The notes under the pieces are model-generated. The model saw nothing but the letters and a program-made list of their open reading frames with translations. It was not told the origin of the DNA and did not search any database. Positions 37,334-50,600 of a stretch of 64,000 nucleotides of DNA are shown one piece after another. The position numbers were made by a program, and so were the translations under genes. The DNA is from Antedon mediterranea. Lineage: Eukaryota > Animalia > Echinodermata. Position 1 is the first letter of the stretch. Every line of letters starts with the position of its first letter. The stretch lies in assembly GCF_964355755.1 (NCBI RefSeq), contig NC_092680.1:14331045-14395044 (forward strand), in the 5' to 3' direction.

Positions 37334-38592
37334 TACAGTACTACAATAATTGAATTCTTTCTTTATTCATTTCCATATTAGTATTATGGCTGTGTTGGTA
37401 TACAATAGTTATCACCACATTAGATATCACTTTTCTGTTAAATTGGGCCTACAGTATTCCAAATACATTCAGGTGTGTTATATTTGATATACCATATCTA
37501 TACTATAAATGTATCAACTGGTGTGATAATGAAAATGTTTTATAGAATACTGTACTGTTGAGCCTGTAATAAAAAACCACAAAACAGATCCATCTGAACA
37601 TACTGTAAATTGTGACAATATAACCATTGACCTTGACTTAAGGATTCAAGTATTATTTTCCAAGTCATGGGATTAAATTCTACTCAACAAAGATATGACA
37701 AGACAAGATAATAGTAGCAATGCAGCAATTTAAATATGAATATCAAATAGTATACAAATATAATAAAGTGAGGTCATGAGGTAAAGATGAAAGGTTATTT
37801 TCATATGAAATTTGAATGAAATCATAACAAATTTTCATCTTTCACCAAATTATTTGTACCAATTTACAAATATAAAACATTCATTATTTGTTTTATAACA
37901 CATCTACATTACTGTGAATTATGTTAATGAATCAACATATCCAGGCCTTATTTTGTTTTCTATGTCTTGTATTTACGATTCCATTAATTGCTCAAAATCA
38001 TAAAAACCATGTAAAGTTAATTTAGGTGCTTTTTTGGATCTACATTAGTACATATCGCTAGGCTCTCAAAAAATTGAGTGCGATTTTTAATGTTACCATA
38101 CTCTATTGTTTTATGTCAATGGATTATCGCCATGGCCTGTTTTTTTCCTAACAGTTAATTTAATATTATGTGACCCACAATCGTCCAATCAAATTAAGAT
38201 CTACTCAATACAGTAGATGTGTTACAACACATAAAAGATACTGTATAATATTAATTAAATACAGTGTTTTTGTTGTGTGTTAAATAATATAATTTGTACA
38301 GTGTCCACAGATGCTTGGTTAGTATCACAATATTCTTTTACATCAAAGTTAACAATCACACTAGATTTTCATCACCATCAAAACAAAGCATAGTTTGACT
38401 AGAAATGGTAAATTCTGTCAATATGGCAATTATTATGGCAATTATTTTGTCAATATGTTAATTAAAAGATGATTTCTAATCTGAAAAATGATTTCATTTG
38501 TTTTGTTGTACAGCTGGAGAAAAACTTAAAAACATACTTTTTTTAAACTTGCAGATTTGCCCTTCATAGCAGACAGAACTAACAGATTCAAA

Positions 38593-38608
38593 ATGGCTGC
38601 AGTCCCAG
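38593..38608 (+). CDS. ATP8B: ATP8B start-codon exon (coding part; exon begins about 38555)
   Basis: ttgcag acceptor at 38554, caaaATGGCTGCAGTCCCAG|gtaac; phase 1 fits the next exon. Confidence 0.72.
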
Positions 38609-41600
38609 GTAACTATTGATATTATCTATTGTTGTGTTTGAAAAATAATGTTTTAAATGTCCAAAGTGTGTTGCTCAAATCATAAACATGCTGAAAAAAA
38701 AAATTTAATTGTAATAACAAGCCTACCTTTTATTACTATTTATTAAACTTAAAACGTCTTGTTTTCGGTCTGATTTTGTGTTAGTTTTAAATATTAAGAA
38801 TTTTGGATCTATTTCTGAATGAGAGTGTCTGGTTAGGGTTGTTAGAATGTAATTTATAAATTTTACTTTTTTTTTTTTAGAAGAAGATTGGGGACGGGCT
38901 GTGAAGGCTAATGACAGAACATACAATTCTCAATTTCAGTATGCAGTAAGTACTTAAAATTTCATTTCTTACATCAATAATACACATTACAAAACAAAGA
39001 TAAAAAATGAGAATGAAAGAAAGGCATGTCTGACATCATCATCACTTGGTCATCTAACTTAGTAGGTAGATCTTGAGTTGGCTTTAAAAAGTGTAAGTAA
39101 GGTTGCCTTATTGATGTTAAGGGAAATTGTGCCACCAATCCTTGTTTTTATAGTCGAGCCGAAAGAAACTAGGGTTTCTAGTCATTTTCTATTTTGTAAT
39201 CTGTTTTGTCACCTGATTTAAATGCAAATTCAAAGTTCATATGTCAAAACATCATATTTTACACTCAATAATTTAGATAAGATTAAGATAATTTGAAGAA
39301 TACTATATTGGTAAAAAGTCAATGATAATATTGTACTTTTTACTAATACTAATCAGATTTAAAACACATCCATAATCATATTAATCGTTATTTAAAACAC
39401 ATTTAGCTCATAATCTAATTGACTTCATCATCAAAATCGTATTACTGTTGAAGTTGCTACAGTGGGAAAATCAACACATGGCTATAGCTATAAATGTGCG
39501 TAGTTGTTTGGCCAAGCATAGTGCAATCAATAGGCTAGGTAGAAAGAAGCTAACTACAACACTGTCGTGCATGGCCATGAATCAATAAACGCTATGAGAT
39601 AAACAGCTCCGTACTTATGTCAATTCAATATACTTGATTATGAATTTAATCGCTAGAGAATTTGAATTGTGGCACAAGATCATTATACTCGTAGTTTTAA
39701 TTATATTTTGTAATTATTATATAATTATTTCATCAGAAGTGCATTAATGAAATTGAATGATTCCCAACTGATGTTGTCCATAACATGGACTCGTTCTAGG
39801 AATCAATAATTTTTATATCCTGTTAAATCAATCAATTAATTTAATTAAAATAAGGTATTTTGTGTGCTATTTCTTTTTTTTAATTTTAAAATAATTGACA
39901 AAAATATTTGACTAAATACTAAAACAACATGTAGGCCTATAATATAGTCCTACAGTACATTTCTATGCTGAAATTACTGTGTATTCATCTGTGTGCACAA
40001 CCATCTAGTATAATCAACAGAACAACAGGATACATTTATATTTAACAACTAGTTATTTTAATTTTAAAACAAAAACATAGAAAGGCATAAAAACGAACAT
40101 ATAAAAACGGGAAATGTACCGACGGGGGCCATTCAACAGAAGAGAACGTCAAATTAAATTATTACTAGTAAAACATGCATAGATGGCATCCCATAACTCA
40201 AACTCAACATTTTAGCGCCAAAGGTCAATTATCCCAAAACACATCCTCATAATTCATGCAGATTTGTTTTGAGACACTTCCCTTTGGCGTTAAAACAAGT
40301 AGTCTTCTTTTCCAGCTGCTTAGAGAGGGGTCTTAGCCTTCCCATCATGCATGTCGAGTTTTCTATATTTTTTGATGACAGTGCATTTTGGTTTTTTTAG
40401 GTGATCATTTAGAATAAAATGATCACCTATTGTTATTGTATGAAATCTTTATTCTTCTTATTAGGTGATCATTTAGAATAAAATGATCACCTATTGTTAT
40501 TGTATGAAATCTTTATTATTTTTATTAGTTATCCGCTTAGTAGCGGATAACTCCTTGTAATCGTCCTGTTACTTTTTTTTTTTTTTTTTTTTTTTTTTCT
40601 TATTTCTTTCTTCCTCATTTTTGTGCCTCACGTATCTCAAAAACTTGTAAACATAACATTTCATAACTTTTTCAACATATGGGCATTTACGTGAAGTTGT
40701 GCACCTCCTATTTTTTAATGACGTCAGAGTTGCGCAACGTGACTTACGTGCGATTTTATGATTTTTTATGATTGATCATAGACTAAAAACCAAGCATGAA
40801 TTTGTTTTGACACTTTGTGAAAATTTAAGTCATATCAAGGGCAAACTTTTTGTGGATTAAAAATGCCATGTTTTACAAGACGTTACGCGCGCACGCGCAT
40901 TTCTCCTCTACTTTTGTGTCTCACATATCTCAAAAACGTGGAAACATAACATTTCATAACTTTGTCAACATATGGCCATTCACGTGAAGTTGTGCACCTC
41001 CTATTGTGAATGACGTCAGAAATGCGCAACGTGACTTACGCGCGATTTTATGAATTTCGCGTATTTAACATAGATTGAAAACCATATAACAATTTAAATT
41101 GAAACTTAGCAAAAGTTTAATTTATATCATGCGCTAACTTTCTGTGGAAAAAAAATTGCGTGTTTTACACAAAGTTATGCGCGCACGCGCATTTAAAATT
41201 CAAAATGCGCAAAATTAATTTTTAATCAACTTTCTACGCTGATCATGACATTTTGAGCATGTCAAAATTTCCCACGCGCGCGAACAATTGTATGCGCGTG
41301 GGGCGCACGTAGCGCTAAAAGTATTTTTTTTTTATTGATTTATGTTTTTCCAGCCTTTTATAGTAATTTTACCAATTTTAAAACAATTTCGACTTACAAT
41401 TACGTCATACGGGCACGTTGAATTGGATACTTTACGTGCGTTTTTTATGAAAAAGTTCAAAAATTCGTCAAAATTATGCCTATTTTTAAACAGTCATAGA
41501 TTATAAACTACGTGAAGAATTTTTTTTAAAATTACATATTCTGGAAGTTGATGAGTTGTAGATATCGGATCATGCATTAATATGGCTAACCGGACATTGT

Positions 41601-44600
41601 GACGTCATCGTATGGCCACACGAATGTAAAATATAGGATTTTTGTCTCTTTCGTTATTGCTCATCATATTCAATGGAGCGCATCACGCCTATCTGTATTC
41701 CTTTTTCTCTGAGATTTTAATATTGTCTAGGTCAATCAACTATCTTACGCATGAGTTAAAATATTTTAATTTTTATGACGTCACCATGCCTAAAAATTTT
41801 AATTAACAGCGTCATTAATTTCATCTTTACAGTAAATTTTAATCTGTTATAGCTCGTAAGAATAAAATGTGATAACCACGATTAAAACGTTTTCAGGAAG
41901 CTATGGTATTGTAGATACGAAATCATGTGAACTTTTCGCCAATCAGATGTTGTGACGTCATCATATGGCCAGTTAAATAAACAAAGTCATATTTTCATCT
42001 TTTGCGTCATAGTTCATTACATTTAAAAAAGCGCGCATTAATATTTCACGTATTCAAATTTCTTCTAAACGTTAATATGTTGTTGCTGAGATAATTTTCT
42101 TCCGAAATTACTACCTTCGCGTTTCCTTTTGAAAATTAAAATAAAATATGGGTCCCGTAATTTCACCTATTTTACACTGTTTGTGACATGTATACAGATT
42201 ATACTGTGTATACTATATGACAGAAAATATACAGCATTCAGCACTAACAACACATCATATTCTTCAGTTCAGGTCATAATGACATAATCTTTTTCGGTGT
42301 GCAATATTCCAACGTATGACGTGCACGTGGCGTTTGTCGTGCGGATAACTAACTCGTCAAAGTGACGAGTTTCATGTCTAGTTTTTTTTATTCTTTCTGT
42401 ACACTTTTTGTGTAACAATTATCTCAAAAAGTTGAATGGCAATGATCACAAAAAATTCACAGTGTCTTTCAAATACTTTAACTTAGCCATAATAAGCTTT
42501 TCAGCGTGATCACTCAACCGTGACGTCACGTATACGCGATTTTGTGAAATCACACTATCAATCATATCTCCATAACTCTTTATCACATATCAATAAAATT
42601 CACTATACGTAAACTTCAGGTGAAGGGTAAAAATATTAACAAATAAAAACTTACGTGTTTCAAGGTCATGCACGTGAAATCGCGTGTTAAAATTTTAAAA
42701 AGCTCAAAATTAAGTTTTGATCAATTTAGAGCATAAAATAGGCCATTTGCGTGTTTTAAAAAATTACTGCGCAAAAATAGATTTTTGCGCACAGGATTTT
42801 TAAAAAGCGTAAAAAATAAAATTTGATGTATACATCACATTCTACTCATAATCCTTAGTACAATCTCCGACTTTGAGTCCATTCAGACTTAAAATAACGC
42901 TATACGAGCACGTTAAAAATGACAAAATGCGCACATTAATTGTACAAAAGTGCTAAAAATGGTAAAAAGTAGGGCCTTTTTAAAATGAATATAACTCTTC
43001 AGAATGGCAGGTGACCCCCAATTTTTTTAACTTAATTTGGAAGCCAATAAGTTGTAGATACAAATGTATATACACATTATACGTACAAAATGGTATTACG
43101 TCATCAAATGGCCACTTCAATTTAAAAATTAGGATTTTTTTCCGTTTTGTGTAGTTTATCACATTCAATAGAGCGCATCTCCGCTATTTGAGCCCGATTT
43201 TCGCACAAATATTAGTATATGCTTGCTCAGTTACTTATCTTTCTCATGAGTTGTCAACATTTTCATTTTGATGATGTCATCACACGTAAAAACTTGAATA
43301 ACGTAGGTCGTGTAATTTCACCTTCGCCGTAAATTTGAATATCTTACAGCTCTTCAGAATTGAAGGTTACCTTGATGATTATAATTTATTATAAAAGCTG
43401 ATGAAATGTAGATATGAATTCATATAAAAACCAAGCCTGTCGGATGTTGTGACGTTAACATATGGCCAGATGAAGTTAAAAAGTAGTTTTTTCATCTTTT
43501 TCGTCAAAGTTATACAAATTTCAAAGAGCACGCACAGCGCTTCTACGTGCCAGATTCTCTTCCAATTCTTATATTTATTTGCTCAATTCATTATCTTTCG
43601 AAATTGTCATCTTTGAGTTTATTTTGATAATTCCATCATACCAACAAATTAGAACATGATGTGTGTCCCGTAATTTCACCTATGCTACACTGTATATATA
43701 CAGTATACACTGTACATATTGTATATGGCACATAATAGGCACAACTCAGCGATATAAGCGTAGGCATCATGTCATAGGATGGCGTACATCAACTTTTTAC
43801 GATCGTATGTTAACGTACGTGCATGTTTAAAAAATGTTAATTTCATTAAAATGATAACAATGATCACCTATAATTCGTCAAAGTGACGAATTAAGTTCTA
43901 GTTCTTATTAGGTGATCATTTAGAATAAAATGATCACCTATTGTTATTGTATGAAATCTTTATTCTTCTTATTAGGTGATCATTTAGAATAAAATGATCA
44001 CCTATTGTTATTGTATGAAATCTTTATTCTTCTTATTCTTATTATTTATTTCTCTCTGTACAGATTTTGTGTAACAAATATCTCAAAAAGTTTAATGTTA
44101 ATGATTACCAAAATTTCACAATGTCTTTCAAATACGTTAACTTAGTCCTAATAAGCTTTTCAGCGTGATCACTCATCCGTGACGTCACGTATACGCCATT
44201 TTGTGAAATCACATTATCAATCATATCTCCATAATTCATTATCACATATTAATGAAAATCACTACACGTAAACTTGAGGTCAAGATAAAAAATATTAGCA
44301 AATAAAAACTCGGGCGTTTCAAGGTCATGCGCGTGAAATCGTGCGTTGAAATTTTAAAAAGCTCAAAATTTAGTTTTTATCAATTTAGAGCATGAAATAG
44401 GCCATTTGCGTGTTTAAAAAAATTACTGCGCAAAAACACATTTTTGCGCACGCGATTTTTAAAAAGGGTAAAAAATAAAATTTGATGTATACATCATATT
44501 CTACTCACAATCCTTAGTACATTCTCCGACTTTGAGTCCATTCCGACTTAAAATAACGCTATACGAGCACGTTAAAAATGACAAAATGCACACATTAATT

Positions 44601-47600
44601 GTACAAAAGTGCTAAAAATGGTAAAAAAATAAGGCCTTTTTAAAATGAATATAACTCTTCAGAATGGCAGGTGACCCCCAATTTTTTTAACTTATTATGG
44701 AAGCCAATAAGTTGTAGATATAAATATATATACATATTAGACGTACAAAATGGTATGACGTCATCAAATGGCCACTTGAATTTAAAAATTAGTAATTATT
44801 ATCTTTTTGTGTGGGTTATCACATTCAATAGAGCGCATCTCCGTTATTTGAGCCCAATTTTTGCACACATTTTAGTATGTGCTTGCTCAATTAATTATCT
44901 TTCTCATAAGTTGTCAACATTTTTATTTTGATGACGTCATCACGCGTAAAAACTTGAATAACTTAGGTCGTGTAATTTCAGCTACACCATACATTTGAAT
45001 ATCTTATAGCTCCTCAGAATTAAAGGTGACCTTGAAGATTATAATTTATTATGAAAGCTGATGAAATGTAGATATGAATTCATATAAAAATTAAGCCTAT
45101 CGGATGTTGTGATGTTATCATATGGCCAGTTGAAGTTAAAAAGTAGTTTTTAAATTTCTTTAGTCGAAGTTATACAAATTTCAAAGAGCGCGCATTGCGC
45201 TTCTACGTGTCAAATTCTCTTCCAATCCTTATATTTATTTGCTCAATTCATTATCTTTCGAAATTGTCATCTTCGAGTTTATTTTGATAATTCCATCATA
45301 CCAAAAAATTTGAACTTGATGTGTGTCCCATAATTTCACCCATGCTACACTGTATATAGATATACAGTATATACTGTACATTGTATATGGCATATAATAG
45401 GCATAACTCAGCAATATAAGCGTATAATAGGATGGCATACATCAACATTTTCCTATCGTATGTTAACGTACGTACATGTTTAAAAAAAATTAATTTCATT
45501 AAAATGATAAAAATGATCACCTATAATTCGTCAAAGTGACGAATTAAATTCTAGTTATTTATTTCTCTCTGTACAGATTTTGTGTAACAAATATCTCAAA
45601 AAGTTTAATGTTAATGATTACCAAAATTTCACAATGTCTTTCAAATACGTTAACTTAGTCCTAATAAGCTTTTCAGCGTGATCACTAATCCGTGACGTCG
45701 CGTATACGCCATTTTGTGAAATCACATTGTCAATCATATCTCCATAATTCATTATCACATATTAATGAAATTCACTACACGTAAACTTCAGGTCAAAGGT
45801 AAAAGTATTAGCAAATAAAAAATTGCGTGTTTCAAGGTCATGCGCGTGAAATCGCGCATTAAAATTTTAAAAAGCTCAAATTTAAGTTTTGATCAATTTA
45901 GAGCATGAAATAGGCCATTTGCGTGTTTCAAAAAATTACTGCGCAAAAACACATTTTTGCGCACGCGATTTTTAAAAAGGGTAAAAAATAAAATTTGATG
46001 TATACATCATATTCTACTCACAATCCTTAGTACATTCTCCGACTTTGAGTCCATTCCGACTTAAAATAACGCTATACGAGCACGTTAAAAATGACAAAAT
46101 GTGCACATTAATTGTACAAAAGTGCTAAAAATGGTAAAAAATAAGGCCTTTTTAAAATGAATATAACTCTTCAGAATGGCAGGTGACCCCCAATTTTTTT
46201 AACTTATTATGGAAGCTAATAAGTTGTAGATATAAATATATATACATATTAGACGTACAAAATGGTATGACGTCATGAAATGGCCACTTGAATTTAAAAA
46301 TTAGTAATTTTTATCTTTTTGTGTGGGTTATCACATTCAATAGATCGCATCTCCGTTATTTGAGCCCGATTTTTGCAGATATTTTAGTATGTGCTTGCTC
46401 AATTAATTATCTTTCTCGTGAGTTGTCAACATTTTTATTGTGATGACGTCATCACGCGTAAAAACTTGAATAACATAGGTCGTGTAATTTCAGCTACACC
46501 ATACATTTGAATATCTTATAGCTCCTCAGAATTAAAGGTGACCTTGAAGATTATAATTTATTATGAAAGCTGATGAAATGTAGATATGAATTCATATCAA
46601 AATTAAGCCTATCGGATGTTGTGATGTTATCATATGGCCAGTTGAAGTTAAAAAGTAGTTTTTAAATTTCTTTAGTCGAAGTTATACAAATTTCAAAGAG
46701 CGCGCATTGCGCTTCTACGTGTCAAATTCTCTTCCAATCCTTATATTTATTTGCTCAATTCATTATCTTTCGAAATTGTCATCTTCGAGTTTATTTTGAT
46801 AATTCCATCATACCAAAAAATTTGAACTTGATGTGTGTCCCATAATTTCACCTATGCTACACTGTATATAGATATACAGTATATACTGTACATTGTATAA
46901 TGGCATATAATAGGCATAACTCAGCACTATAAGCGTATAATAGGATGGCATACATCAACATTTTCCTATCGTATGTTAACGTAGGTACATGTTTAAAAAA
47001 ATTAATTTCATTAAAATGATAAAAATGATCACCTATAATTCGTCAAAGTGACGAATTAAATTCTAGTTTATGATTTAATTCCATACAATAAGTAAAGATA
47101 ATTTTGTTAGAAATACTTTGGTTTTTAAAAATAATTTTCAATTTTTGTTTATTTGGAAACTTGCTGCAAAATTAGGTAACCTAGACTTGTATGATACAGA
47201 CCATGTGAACCTAATTTGGCATTTTCACTTAATTTGACGTTACACCCGCATCAACATTATTAGCAATAAATATTCCTTTAATATTTTGTGTAAAAATTTG
47301 ATATTTTCAATTGCAAGTCAATAGAAATTTATCAAAGCATGGTAAAACTTTTTAGTATTTGTAAAATTGTTGATTCACTCGTTCGTGGCCTTTCTACAAG
47401 CACTGTACATAGTGAAGGACACATGATGTGATGTATTTTAGCAACGACCTAATTCTGTGTATGAACACCAAATACCGGGATAATTCAATTGTTAATATTA
47501 CGCATTAGGCATTTCCTTTTGTCTACTGCAATACACAGTCTACTACTAATTCCTCTTTCACTATCACCGAATGTCATATTTCATCTTCTTTCTGCAAACT

Positions 47601-50600
47601 GCATTTTATGTAAAATTAAATAAATATATGGGCCTATTTAATTTTTTTAAATCTATAAACGGTAAAAATGGGAAATATAAGCCGATTTTAATAATTTAAG
47701 CAGTCCGCTATAAATACCAGCATGCATTGAACGCAGATTTAAATTTTCATTTTTCTTCTGTGATTCACCCACTTTCGATCTTGAAACCGTGAAGCTCAAA
47801 ACAAATGTAAGAACCTTTCAGCAAAAGTACCAGGATTCTGTCAAATTAATGCAGCTTAACTGCGTTTATACAGTACAACACCTTAAATTTGAACACGTCT
47901 TTAATTGTTAGCGTGTTGTAAGGGTCAAGTTGTTGTGTTTTCCTCATGTATGCTCACATGCATTATGAATTTATATGAGTTTATTAAAGGATTTTAACAA
48001 AGGATAATACTTAATTTAAAATTTAATTTCTTTAAATCTGCTTTTGAAATTAAATCGGTTAAGAATAAAGATATGTAAAAAAATGATCTACTATGCCCTA
48101 CATATACTTTTATTAATAATGAGAGGTCAAAGCAATATACTTCTTTCCAACATGCCAACAGCAACCAGGAATCTACAAAATTTTCAGCCAAGTAGCCTTT
48201 TTCACAATTAAAATCTCATTACACAAAACCTCTTCATTGTTATACAACACACTTCTCGTACAGTAGTCATGTTACTGTATATGCGTGTTGTATAAACGCG
48301 CCCCTGGACAACGTCAGGCTATGCCTATAGCCAGCGTACAATGTTCATACTTTACCGCTGTTTACCAGGTAGGCCTACAAAGCTAAGCCAAGCTATGCTA
48401 CTTAGGTAGTGCATTGTTTCTCTCTTTTTATCATATTTAACCATAAAACGTACATTTAAAGACAAGTTATCACCTGGTTTAATGTTTTTCAATTAATTTT
48501 TACAAAACATCAAAAATTGTAGCGATAGTGTCTTTAATACTAGTGAAGTCCCAATTTGCATTTTTGTGAAGGCAGTATATGTGTTTTGATGTTAAAGTAT
48601 CTTATTTTACATAACCTCATGCACTTTATGTTACGTAGAATAAATTTTACAGTGATCAGACTCCTACCAATAAATAATAATGATCGTTTTTGTATTGTAG
48701 ATGCTAGGTACAAAGTACTCAGTCAAGCCCTGTGAACAGTTATTATATCGTATAACTGTATAATTATTGGAATATAATCAGCGTTCTTATATTAATCCCT
48801 ACTGCCATTCATCAGTTATTTACCATCAATGTCATTGAAATTTCTGTTCATATTAGCTATATTATTTTAATCCATTCTGTAGGCGTTTCATAACAAGCCC
48901 ATGAGTCATTTTACTAAATGATTAATAATGAGAAATTATTAAGTATGATTAGTTTTGTGAACATTAAAGACGATTGATGCAGTGAAATTAAGACATTTTC
49001 CCTAACTACATTTTATTCAACAAGGCTATACATGGCTGCAGTCGCGTGCTCAAGTTAGTGTTTACCGACCAACCGACCGACCGACATAGTGAGCTGTAGA
49101 GACGCATTGCACACGACTAAAAATAAATACTATCATGGGTCTATTGCAATAAATTGTTTCATCTTTAAACTGTTAAAAATGTGAAAAATATGTGGATTCT
49201 AATAATTTAAGCGGCCCACTATGATGTTGTGTAGCATAGCAAAAGATGGTGTTGTGTATGCTGTGGCTATGTTGCACTGGTGAAAATAGTTAAATGTTTC
49301 TAGAGGAAATTATTTTAACATGGGGTACAGTATAGACCAGTTCCTCTGGTTTAAATCAATTATCAATTTAAAGTTGGACATGTAAACTACATTCATCCTA
49401 ACCATTTGATGGTGGTTTCTTTGAGGTTATTTTGTTACTCTTAAAATATTTTGTTCTTGCAGGATAATTATATAAAAACTTCCAAGTATAACCTCCTCAC
49501 ATTTTTACCAATCAATCTGTTGGAGCAGTTTTTGCGAATAGCTAATTTCTACTTTTTGATGTTGTTGATTTTGCAGGTAACTTTAACAAATAATTTAATT
49601 TTTTTTATTAGGATTATCAATAGTAAATTAATCACCATCCTATTAGGTAGGTGGTAATCCCTCTGATACAGGGGCTACTTTGTGAACCAGTTCACCGGGA
49701 TAACCTCACTTAAACAGTGAGTGAGTGGCCGAGCGGTTAAGACAGTGGAACCATAATCACGTAGCCATAACATCGGCAGTGGTTCGAGGCTCACTCACTC
49801 CATGGTTCTGGTGGTAGAACGAGTCTTCTCGGATAAGGACTATAAACCGTAGGTCCAGTGTACACAACTTGCTCGTGTGCACTTTAAAGAACCTAGTACA
49901 TCTTTCGAGACGAGTAGGGGGTTACCCCGGTGTACTAGTACATCACAACCACTGATCACCAACTGGGCCCTCTGGGAGATCAGTCTTTGACTGAAGAGGT
50001 CGCCCAGTATAAAGATAAAACAAACAAACAAACAAACAAACAAACTGGGTTGTATTGTTTATTTATAGTCCTTATTTGAGAAGACTTGTTCCACCACCAG
50101 AACTAGGAGCGAGTCGGCCTCGAACTCATGCCATTATTGTTGGCTCTTTAGGTACAGTAAACAGCCTTAACCACCTGGCCATTTTTACTTGCTCAACAAA
50201 ATTAACAAACATACACAAATTTGGCTTTAAATTGTTGAAAAAGGAGATGAAAATATTAACATTTTGTATTAATATTTGTGTAGTTCATTGATGTCATCTC
50301 ATCCTTGAATCCTGTGACAACAGCTTTACCTCTTTTGTTTGTACTTACGGTATCCGCAGTAAAAGATGGCATTGATGATTATGTAAGTATGTAATTAAAA
50401 CAAAAGTGTAATTAATTGGTAAATATTTGCAAGTTGATACAGTTTGTGTCTTTGATAATCTTCCACAGTTATTTCACATTAACACATACTGAGTACAGTA
50501 TTAGAGTAAATTTCCATACAGGTTGATTACACAAAATTACTTTACTAAAGTACAACCCTTCCCTTAAGACATACCCCTATTGATGTGTTACAATTCGTTT

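Noticed and set aside
49717-49800. tRNA gene
   Set aside because: The anticodon and variable region do not form a canonical cloverleaf, and the sequence runs into a SINE core and tail; diverged copies lie nearby
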